A DNA stretch of 63,976 bases, the filler included, from Conidiobolus incongruus B7586 (taxonomy: Eukaryota): the NCBI GenBank assembly GCA_000697335.1. It is 9 parts of 9 records of this genome, joined end to end, with 100 filler letters (N's around TTAATTAATTAA, not from the genome) between each part and the next. Parts side by side here need not be neighbours in the genome. Positions count along the whole stretch, not along the records: positions 1 to 21,072 come from JNEM01007117.1; 8 more parts are not named here. The stretch is one strand, 5' to 3'. Below, piece by piece: positions 9,257 to 20,559 of the stretch. The notes below the pieces were generated by a model that searched no databases, had not been told where the DNA came from, and worked only from the letters and a program-made list of their open reading frames with translations. The first letter of the stretch is position 1, and every line of letters begins with the position of its first letter. Position numbers and translations under genes: made by a program.

Positions 9257-11938
9257 AATTATTTGTATTTTTATTTCATCATCATGATCATTATCATTCA
9301 TTTAGAATTAAAATAGATTGACATACTTAGAAAATGTCATAAAAAATAGTTTAATTGATTTAACCTTAAAATTTTTAGATTGTTTAAAATAAAAAATTAT
9401 TCATTAATATTTTGAAAAAGGAAAAAAAAATTGGAAATTTGAGGTTATAGTTGATATTTTCAAAGTGTTTTGGGTTTTTATTGGTAAAACTATAAAGCAT
9501 TATTTTACTAAATAGTTAAATGAAATCAAATTATTAAAATATTAATTAAAATAATACTGTAAAAAGCTATTGTATTAATATTTATTCAAATTTGGATTAA
9601 TTTGTTTTAATTTATTTTATGGAATTTTGAAATTGTTTGAATGAATTAAAAATACTAATGTTTGATTAAGAAAGCTTAGGATTGTATTGTATATATTGGG
9701 AAATAATATATCTAAACTATATAAAAAAGGCAATTCAACTCGCATTCTGATTGGATGATGTTAAATACAAATATCCTGAAAATCCCACAATGATAAATCT
9801 TCAATATTAATCAAAAGCAGTATAAAAGAAGTTAGAAATCAATGAATGAAAGCCATCCTTGTGCTAGGGTATATCCTCATCTGTGAAGTAGTAACCGAGA
9901 TAGGATTATTGCTGTTTGCCAACTACATCCAATACCCCACGATTTCGGCCCTTGAGGCAGATATCGTAATTTTTAGACTCCTTTCGGGATATTTATATAA
10001 ATTCAAAAACTATTACAGTTATGATGTTATATACCAAGGTATATGATATGTAACTCGCAAAAAAAAAACTCCTGTCATAATCCTAAGACTAACCTTTTGG
10101 TTGCAGGATTGGATAGACGTATTTGTTCTAGTGCTGGCTATTAGGAGAGGGGAGTTTGCTGATTGAGATGACGCTATTTGAGCCTCTAAGTGCTCTTCAC
10201 TCCTTGACAGTCACTGTGCATTTGTATACGTCTAATCGAAATCTTGACATCATATATTGAATACTAAATTATTGGCTAAGTAATTTAACCATACATTATA
10301 ATTCACTAATTTCAATTTCTTGACTTAGATTAGATTCTTGTCTCTTCATTTAAACTTGAATTTAGATAGTAAATTTAATACGCTTGAAAAATTTCACTAT
10401 ATAACTGAATATTTCATGTGTAGTTATATTGTATCTAAACAGTGATATAGTTAGTATCCTATTTAAATTTAAATTTTTAATAAATTTAAATCTATATTCC
10501 TGGAAGTGTTAGTTTTATATTATTATCATCTATTTGCTAAATGTTAAAGGGTCAAAATCGCAAATTTATAAAATTTAATTATTTGTAAAAAAGCTATTGG
10601 ATTAGTAATTTTAAAGTTATTTTTAATTATATCTCTTTAATACCTTTTGAATTCAAGATTATTAGAAAGAAATTTATATAAAATTTAATATATTAACTTT
10701 TAATAAAAAAATGAATAAAATTAATTTATAATACATAATACTATTTATAGGTTTATATATTCTAAAACTATATGTGATATTTTAAATCATGTTATTAATC
10801 TCTATCATTCTTTCGAATGCCTTATTTTTCATCTCTTATCCTTAAAATACAATGATATTGTCAAAAACCATTTTAAAAATATTCAAATTGATTATTGAAT
10901 GGGTTTCAAATTTTAATTTTTTTTTGAATATACAAGTTTAACAGATTTAACTAATATTATTATGATCTATATAATATTATCAAGGATACTAAGAAACATT
11001 GTAATAATTATTATATATTAATGTTAATAGTTATTTTTTTAGTATGAATGCGTAAATATCTTGAAAATAACTCATCATAAATATTTTTTTGATTTCAATT
11101 GACAAAAAATGAAATGAGTTCAATTTAATTTTCCGAATATTTGATTACTATTTTATTATTTATTTATCTTAGAGAAAATAATATAAAATATTTTGATTAC
11201 TAATCATTCTTCAATATCTATCATTATTAATATTATTTGAGAATTTTAAAAGAATAAATACTCGGTTTTGTTGAGTTATATATTCTAAGAGAATTGTTTT
11301 GATAGTATTCTTAATTTTCAAATTTGCAAAGATTTATTTATATAGAATAGATGTTACTAATGTTAGAAATTTAAGTTTTATTGGTTTAATCGATCAAAAA
11401 GTGTAAATATATAGTCTTCAAGTGAATAATATATTGACTTTAATTTTGATACTATCATACATAATATTTTCTTCTTTCAGCAATATTCTCATAGTTATTT
11501 TTAAATCTAGTTTCTAATTCTTAGTGACGGAATATCATATTATTTTCATTTCTAAATGAGTTATAAATGCTATCAAAACTTCTAATTACGTTTAGTTCAT
11601 TATTTGAAGTAATGGAGATTGTAGTGATATCCACCATGTATGTGTACTGTTGTATGTTGAAAATATAGAATTTTAATTCAGATAATTCATAAGCACTAGG
11701 GTTTGATAAACTTGACACTTTCTGAAAATTAATTATTAAAATTTGAAACTTAAATAATATATTTTTACTTCAATATTTTTTCGATATAATACTATTATAC
11801 AAAGGTTGAAAATAAACGATTTATCATTGATTAATCTTTAATCTTCAGAATATATCACATATTAAACATAATCGAATTAAATTTACCGAAATTCCGATCA
11901 TTTTAATTCAATCTGAGAAGTGTTATAAACATTATGGT

Positions 11939-12100
11939 TGCCAATCATTGAGTGTAAACACGACTCCAATCAATTCGTGTCCATCCAATCAACTTTTAAT
12001 AACTGAAGTGATAACACGAAAATTTTAAAATTATATTGGGAAAAACTTATCAGGGATAACCAATCAAATGGGAATATTTGGTTGACAATACGCGAAAATT
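11939..12100 (+). promoter_or_regulatory. dUTPase promoter with four CCAAT boxes, CACGAAA (12015-12021) and ACGCGAAA (12090-12097)
   Basis: Motifs read directly. They match SCB and MCB/E2F-type G1/S elements, consistent with a dNTP-metabolism gene. Confidence 0.5.
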
Positions 12101-12350
12101 CCTTTCCAAATTGAAAAAAGATTAGTAATCAATATGGCTATATATTCTTTAAGAAGTGTTTGTAACCAGTATTAAAAGTTTGATAAGATTTTGGTAAGTA
12201 AATTATCATATCAAAAGTTTAATCAACATCTATTATACTTGTCTATATCTTTTTAATATTGGACGTTATAAAACAAATTTCAAAATTTTGAAACGATTTC
12301 AAACACCTTTATTAAACCAAACTTATAGATCTTTCAAGAGATATTTTACT

Positions 12351-12975
12351 ATGACTATTACTGAAAATACTGGAATTAAGCTTAGTACTTCTCCCGCTCA
12401 AGAAGTTACTAAAAAGCTTAAAATTACTGAAACTGTTGTGGATATTGAAGCACCTAAATTACGTGTTAAACTTTTGAACGAACACGCTAAAGCTCCCACT
12501 AGAGGTTCCGCTAAGGCTGCTGGCTACGATATTTATAGGTAAATTTTTCAACTGAAAGGCTTCAGCTTTGACTAATATTTGAATAGTGCTCAAGATACGG
12601 TTATTCCCGCCAAATCTCAAGGTCTCGTCGATACTGGATTAGCCGTCCACGTCCCTCACGGTACATACGGTAGAATCGCTCCTCGCAGCGGTCTCGCTGT
12701 CAAACATGGTATCGATTGCGGTGCCGGTGTCGTTGACGAAGATTACAGAGTAATATAATTTTAATCATACTGTTTACATTTTTATTAACCAATAACATTA
12801 GGGTGAAATCAAAGTACTTCTATTCAACTTTAGCAACAAGGACTTCCTCATCAGTAAGGGTGACCGTATTGCTCAATTGGTTCTCGAACGTATCTACACC
12901 CCCGAAGTCGAAGTTTGCGATACTTTGGAAGAGACTGAACGTGGAGAAGGTCGCTTCGGTTCCACTGGCAAATAG
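12351..12975 (+). CDS. DUT1: dUTP diphosphatase (trimeric dUTPase)
   Basis: Exons 12351-12538, 12587-12749 and 12802-12975. All five motifs are present: [48 protein letters not shown] 5' extension is possible (see findings). Confidence 0.96.
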
Positions 12976-13560
12976 ATTATTTTGGTTACGGTTAAAAATA
13001 TCATTGCTCCTTAAAATTGTATAATAAACATATTATAATAACTTTCGTGACTTTTGACTAGATTATGTGCTGTGAAGGAAGTAATAAAAAGATAACAGAA
13101 TGCCATCATTCAATATAATTGCTTGTATTCACCTTTACATTATCAGTATCTAATATTAGCTATCAAGAATAATTTGATCTATATCATAAAAATTAAAAAA
13201 TAATAATTTATAACTATCAAAAATTAAGCACTAGAAAAATTTTATATATCTTGATTCTCTACTCATTGAATTATTATAATATTAAAAACTATAATAATAA
13301 AATAAATTTCCACCTATTAATTAATATATCAACCTAAAATTGTTTAAAAAAACTAATTTTAATAGATATTAATCTTTTAATTAAACTTGATTTTATTAGA
13401 GAATATAAGATAATTTAAACTAATTAAAAGGTTTTAAAAAAAGTAATAAAATTCAATATTATAAAATATTTACTATCAAAAATTTTTAAATAAATTTATT
13501 TATTGCTAATAATAAGTAATGAAAATACTTCAGAAATTCTACAAATCTTCCAAAAAGTTA

Positions 13561-14083
13561 TAATCTAAATTGTTAGTTCAGCTATGATCCCAAGACGCTA
13601 GAATGCTGAAGGAAATTTCAATAAAAGCTGCGAATTATGATTTGTACAGATAAGTCTCTAGTTCTTAAATAGATATTCTATTATATTTACAAAATCTCTA
13701 GTTCTCAATATATCACCATCCCAAGCCAGTCCCAAGGTATTGCAAATATAAATATCTTGATTAAAGTCCCTTCAGGATCTTACAGTCGTATCACACTTCG
13801 CAGCAGTTTAGCTGTTCAATAATTTAACAATGTTGACGCCATAGTGATTGACGAAGATTATACAGTAATTTTTTATTGTAGTGTAAGAATAATTATTAAC
13901 TGATTTTAGTATACTGTCAAAGTGGTTTTATTTAACTTTGGCAAGGATGATTTCTTGGTGAGGAAGGACGATAGGATTAATCAACTGAATTTGGATCGAA
14001 TTTTTATGCCAGAAATTGTGATTGTCAATTTGTTGGAACACACAGAGAGGAGGGAGGATGGGTTTGGAGCCACTGGACTTTAG
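13561..14083 (+). pseudogene. Tandem dUTPase pseudogene (DNA duplication, both intron positions retained)
   Basis: Translates KAANYDLYS|..VPSGSYSRITLRSSLAVQ*..VIDEDYT|..VKVVLFNFGKDDFLVRKDDRINQL..TERREDGFGATGL*. In-frame stops at 13585 and 13820; the first donor is mutated GT->AT at 13650. Confidence 0.9.
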
Positions 14084-14825
14084 TGATGTTAGAAGATTGA
14101 GATTGTATATAGCATGTGGATTGTTCATAAATTATGTTATTTATTCACTATAAAATATTGTGAATGTAATTTAAATTATAATATGGTGATATATTATAAA
14201 TTAATATACATGGGTGATAGTGTACGAATTTCAGTCAATTAAAAACACCCAACAAATATTGAAATTCGCAAGAATTATTAAGTATATCAAGGTCTAAAAA
14301 TATTGATAAAGTTATCAATTTTCGTACTTTAAATATTAAAATCAAGATATAAAATTGCCAGCCCTTGTTTAATTAATTGACTTGTATTTCTTAATATCTT
14401 TATATCCTTTAAATATTTTATATTTTAAAGATAATATATGAATAAATAAATAAATAAATAAATTTAATAAATCAAAAATTTCAATTTAACACTTTTTAAT
14501 TGATAAATAATATAAATTAATAGTATTCATTGAAATAATATTAAAATTTATTAATATACAAAAAATTTTTTAATTTGTGAAACTTAGAATATTGATATAT
14601 AAACGAATATCTATGTTTAAAGAGGTATTTGAGAGCATAAATTACAATTACAATGGAAAATGAAATGATTGGAAGGAAAATATAATGTCATTGGAATTTA
14701 TATTTAAGAAATGAATAAAAAGGAAACAAAAATTAAATATAGAGAAAAATGTATTGTAAAAAAATATGGAATAGATTTGAGAAATATCACCGGGTATGTG
14801 AACAATATGTATAAAATTTGAATAT

Positions 14826-14832
14826 GCTGCTT

Positions 14833-14875
<43 letters not shown>

Positions 14876-14898
14876 GTGTTCAATCCACGGTGGCGGCA
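14826..14898 (+). tRNA. tRNA-Phe (GAA)
   Basis: 73-nt cloverleaf: D arm GCTCAGTTGGGAGAGC, anticodon stem TCAGA/TCTGA with loop CTGAAGA, T arm CCGTG-TTCAATC-CACGG. The acceptor stem is imperfect. Confidence 0.93.
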
Positions 14899-15074
14899 TA
14901 AATGTTTTACCAAAGTATTTTTTCTTATATTTTTTTATTATATTATATTAATACAATTTTAAATTTATATAAACAAATTTTTTTAATTTCAAAAAATTTG
15001 TTATCAAAAAATACCAAAATTATAAATTTTATTATATATCATAAGAATCACAACATTGAATGGGTTTTATCACT

Positions 15075-17275
15075 CTAAATCCTTAAACTAACTTGCTCCC
15101 CATCGCTAACTTCATTACGTCTCAAACTCCAAATCAAATACCTTTTTGTCAACTTTTCAGATTCTTCAGTATGAATCAAATCAACTTCTTTTACTTCAAA
15201 ACTTCCCTTATTCACTTCCACCTTTAACGTTGCAGTCGGGGGATAATGATGAACAGGTAGAAATACTTTACAAATTAGATCATCAGTCTTCACACTTAAA
15301 TCTACTCTGTATCTCAATTCATAAATGGGGCCTCCTTTCTTGTTGAGAGCTTGAGGCTGAAACTGATTTTTCGTCACAATACCCGGAATTTCGGAGGGGT
15401 AGGGTCGAATGACGGATTCTAGAGCGCGACCGCCTCTGTCGATTAGTTTGAGCCAGAGAGTGTTGTTGTGGCCGGGGGATGATGTAGGTTTGTCTTCCTC
15501 ATTGCAGTAAATGGACAAATCTTCCAAATTCCAAAAATCGCCAAAATCATGGGAATTGAATGGCGAGTAGTTCCAGATGCAACTCATGACGTTGGGTTGC
15601 TCAATAGCATTTAAAATGTTGTCCATCGCGAGGATTTGGGTGGAGTAGTCACCAGTTTTGTACGCTTTGTTGTTGTCCATATTATAGGGGATGCCCGATT
15701 CGCCAATGATTACGGGGATGCCTTTCTTGAAATTTAATTGGGCTTCGTCGTGAAGAAGTTTGATGGTATCTGTGAAGAGATTGCGGATGTTGTTGAGGCC
15801 GATACGCACTGCTTGAATGATGCTCCAGTATTTGTGACGGTATACTCCTAAAGTATCTGCGTTGTACCAATTGAATGTTAATGTAGATAAGGTTAAACCA
15901 TCGTACCAATGAGGGGTATAAACGAGTTGATTAGTGACAGATTCCTCTTCGGGAAGAATTTCTGGAGGCACATCAAATACTGTAGGTGACCATAGCATAA
16001 TCAAATTGCTTTGAACTGATCTAATTGCATTAGTATACCTAATGCAATAGGGTTTCCAACAGTCATTGATCAAATCGATAGGCTTATTAGTCTTGGGATG
16101 GTTTTTGAAATAGTAGGGCTGAAGTAGTTTTTGACTGTCAATATCCCAAACACCGTGATCTGCCCAGATACATTTTCCATCAATTTGCCAAAGCTGCCAA
16201 TCGTCAAATTTGATATTCGTGGGGATATCTTCCTTTTTGAGCCACACTTTAACCCCATTAGGATTGATTTTTTTCTTATACACTTCTTTCAACCCTAGCC
16301 ATCCAAAGTTCCATACACCAATTTCAGTTTCAATCCCCATACCGAGTTTCAAAGCTTCAAAACATTTGGGAGAATCTCCCATTCTGCCCATACTCAATCC
16401 GTTGGTGCGATATTCATCTAACTTTTTATCGTAGCCAAGATAGCCATAATTTGGCTCATTCATAGTTTCAAAACCAATCACCACATCGCTCAACAATCCC
16501 TCATCCAAGAAACGTTTAGCTAAATGTACATACGCATTGATATAGTGAGTTTGCAAATACTCCTGGATATTCACAAGTTTATCACCCAGTTTAATAGTAC
16601 ATTTGGGAGCGTACAGTTCCCCACCAAAAAACAGTGAAAACATAGTAGCAGATGCCAGCTTTTCATAATTTGTCGACCATACCATCTTCGGCAAATCTAA
16701 AGGCTTATCCCAATATTGAAAATGAGTGATTGCAGCACCCGTAGGTTCAAAATTTTTTGGATTGAGACCTGCTAAGTACAGGGTCCAAGCGGGACTGCCG
16801 CTACCTCCTGAGAATCTCGACCACACATCCTGATGGGGATCTATCCAAACCTTCATATTGTGTGATTTTATAATTTTGAGTAGTTTGACGAGGTAGTCGA
16901 TGAATTCTTCATCGTATTGACCTCTAAAAACGTGATTAGTAAATATAGTAATATATGAGTGAAAATCAATTACGGGTTAAGAGGTTCCAAAGCCTCCCAA
17001 ACTACCAACAATCTCAGGACATTAAACCCCCAATAACTCAACCTGCTCAGGTGACTGTCTGCCTCATCCAAAGCTATAGGGCGATCTACGAAACTTATCT
17101 TTTCGTAATCAAATACTCCATCCTTCATATGGGATGACCACCCCTTAGGTAATTTGGATATACCGCTGAAATTTATGCATCTGAAATTCAAATTGTAATT
17201 GGTAGTGGCGTCTTTGAAGTTAGCACCTGAAATTGTCAAAATTGGTAAAGTATCTAAACGATCAGTCTGTGACAT
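15075..17275 (-). CDS. GH5 glycosidase, endoglycoceramidase-related (EGCrP / steryl-beta-glucosidase / glucosylceramidase-like), copy A
   Basis: Exons 17275-16974 and 16923-15075. Motifs LRLLVVWEALEP, WIDPHQDVWSRFSGGSG, catalytic TMNEP, PHWYD, nucleophile IIGESG, WNY and WNLEDLSI. Confidence 0.93.
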
Positions 17276-18690
17276 AATTTTTTTTAAAATGAATAATAAT
17301 AATAATAATAAATTAAGCAAATATTAATATTATATAAAATTTATAGTAAGATGAATTTTTTGTAGTTTTAAGGTTTTAAAAAGAAAAATGGAATTTAGTC
17401 CACTTTGTACACATGTAATCTTAATTAAGCAGTCTATCAGCAATCGATTTGATTGAGATTAATGTCCATTTATGGGATAATTTAGGGTAATTGTTGAGAA
17501 TCATTTTACAAACTACCCTTGATAAATTGTAAACAGTATCTCTTTGAATTAGTCAAATTTAGCACCAATTTCTATGATTTAACCAATATAATGATATCAA
17601 TAGTGAATGGTTAAATATAGTATATACTTAATAGATTTGTGGTATAAAATCAGAGATAAATTAAAAATTCTTGAAAAGCATAGCCAATTTAATCAAGTTT
17701 ATAATCTCAAAGAAAGTTTTTAATCATGTTAAAATAATATATTTTTGGAGATTATTGCATCTGTTTTTATGAGATTTTGGGTGTGATAAATTTTAGACTA
17801 TTTTTATAATTATTATTCATATAAAAATTATTAGTAATTTTTTATGTCTTGTTATTTATAATAATACTATCAATATTGAAATGATAATTGCAACTATAAA
17901 GTATATGAATAATACAATTAGAAAATAATCAAAATCATTTAAATTTTTCCATTGAAAAAACCAAAAATCGAATTAACTTGATCATATTATTAAATATTAA
18001 TTTTGAAAGTTTCAAAAATTTAACCACTATCAAGTCATATCAGAAACCTTGAAATTATTTCGTAATACTTCCAACAATCCAATTCAAAAGCCATTCAAGT
18101 TAAATTTTATACACTGGAAAATGAAAAAAAATGCTGAATTGAAAATTTGAAAAATTATATTTGGTTAATTTAAATTTGTTGTATGAGTGATTTGGCTTGA
18201 TTGGTTTACTAATGTTCAATAATTTTAAAAATTATTTATCAGCTTATTATAATGTTGATGCTTCATATGAACCAATTCAGTTAATATAATTAATGATTGG
18301 TTGTAAAAATAAGAAATATCACAATAAAACAATAAAACATATATATTTATATGTTCTATTAAGATTTATTCACATATAAAATAATGTCAACTAAACAAAA
18401 TTATAATATCAATAAAAATTGGAAATATTAATGGTTGAATTTAATAAATCATTTTATAATATTCAAATAAACATTGCTTAAAACATTATATATATATAAT
18501 CAGCCTCAGTATAATAGTGTGCTTTATTAAAAATGTTGATCAAAAGTTAATACTCAGAAAGCACTTTTAGAATAATTATTGTTTTAATAGAAAATTTATT
18601 TCTATCTATTAAATGAATATATTATTCAATCTCATTTTAATTTCTCTCCATATCTAATTAATAAATGAAATATTTATTATAAATCTTTTT

Positions 18691-19000
18691 GTATTTCAAA
18701 ATACCTGTCTGTCTAGATTTGATAGTTAAGTCCACATTATCTCCCGTTTATAGTGGGTTTGTTGGTCCATAATTAAATAATACTCTTTAGCTCCTTTTAT
18801 TAGAATTTATCCAAAACCTATGTCAATCACTGAATGAATTATTTAAACCCTGAAGTAGTAGGGATAGAAAGCATCCTAATTTTTTCCTGGATATTCTGGT
18901 ACAACATCTCAACAGTAAGTTATAAGACATACAGGATTAATAAATAATTTACTAAATCACATTACAAGTACTTTTCTAACAACCATTTTTATTTACAAAG
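18691..19000 (+). repeat. Dispersed repeat, inverted homolog of ~35400-35708; family unidentified
   Basis: Shared blocks with the reverse complement of 35400-35708 include gtatttcaaaa, gtccataat, tcactgaatga, tttaaaccc, cagtaagt.taagacatacag and agtacttttctaacaa. Confidence 0.75.
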
Positions 19001-19385
19001 CTTATAATAAAACACAAAAATTTATCCTTTTATATTAAATTAATATTAAAAAGGTGTCAAATTTAATAGTTGATATATCATAAATTTGTTTAAACATTAA
19101 ATGATTATATTTTCATTACAAAATCTAACATTCAATTCCAAATACACTTGGATCTATTATATTATATTATTTTATTAACATTTATTTACAATAAACAGGT
19201 AATATATAGGTAATTTTTATAAATATATTATAAAATAAATATTATTTATTATGAAATTAAGAAAAATATATGAAAATAAATTATAAATACATAAATAAAT
19301 ATCTATATTTACAATCTTATATTAGAAAAATATACACAAGAAACATGATATAAATTTGAATTGAACTATACTGATATATATATAT

Positions 19386-19718
19386 TGCCACGAGCCAGAT
19401 GACTCCCTTCTACCCGATTATTTTTACATCAGCCTAATGTTAAAGTCATTTTCTCCTCACATACCATCTGCTCCCGCTCTATCTTTTAATTGGGTGATGA
19501 TGCAAGTCATCGAAGTATCTCATTAATCACCTTACCCAACTCACTCTATATAAAACCCAGAATTAGAGCTATCTTCAAACGAACGAGCTCGATCTGGGTC
19601 ATTCCAGTTATCTGACTTAAACCAATAAACCCCCTTCTCCCTAACACTTACTTGGAATTCTCCCGATCTCTCTCTTTTATTTAAACTACTCTGGACACGG
19701 CTTCCCCAGGACGTGTTA
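19386..19718 (+). mobile_element. Probable solo LTR inserted in a (TA)n tract
   Basis: 333-bp GC-elevated island with termini TGCCACG...CGTGTTA (a degenerate TG..CA inverted repeat), internal TATATAAAA (~19547) followed by AATAAA (~19624), and TA repeats on both flanks. Confidence 0.6.
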
Positions 19719-20559
19719 ATATATATATATATATATATATATAGTTATGGAAAATTTATAATAACTTATCAATATACATATTAAATTTTGAATATTATAA
19801 TTATGATAATATATTTATTTGCTTTTTTTTAATTTTTGTATTTTTTTACTTGGATAATATATCAAAAGAAATTGTAAACTGGTTGAAAATTTCAGTATAT
19901 ATATATATATATATATATTCTATTATCAAAATATTATAATTGAACTATTTTTCAGTTTGTTTATAGAATTATTTGGATATGACATAAAAATAAATTAAAC
20001 AACCACAATTAATATTTGTCAGGTTTTTCGTAGAAATAAATTAAATTCTCCAATAAATCCACTTCTTTTTGTGTATACAGAATTTACTATTGGTAATTGA
20101 TTCAATATTCATAATTAGAACCTTTCCAATTTTATAGATAATAAAATGATTATAATATACAAAACTTAATTTCAATTGATACATGATTCACATAAGATAT
20201 TGTAAATTTTATAATATTAAATCAATGAGTTATTATATATTTATTTTAAGTTTTGTTTTTGAATTCTTAATTATTAATAAGTATTTTATTAATTAATTTA
20301 TTATATCAAGTAAATCTTTCATTTTCAAAAATAAATTTTTCAATTTTAATAAATTATATTAATAACAATCATAAGATAAATATATTTTCAGAATTATTCT
20401 CATTAAACTTGATTTTAATTCAAAATAATAAGTTAAACAATTGAGTGGTTTTAATTTTATATAGTATATAAAATCAATATTCTTCTCTACTACTGATCAA
20501 ACATATTATTTGTCAAAGATTTCAACAGTTTATAATAATTAATTCCATCAATATTAAAT

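Noticed and set aside
9846..10350. GC-elevated stretch with a 66-aa ORF and possible minus-strand exons
   Set aside because: I could not build a consistent spliced ORF or recognise a domain; it may be a gene remnant.
11521..11718. Short AT-rich ORFs (11521, 34316, 39595, 43265, 53517) and coding-like traces at ~47900-48500 and ~50640-50790
   Set aside because: No recognisable motifs; compatible with chance ORFs or unassignable decayed sequence.
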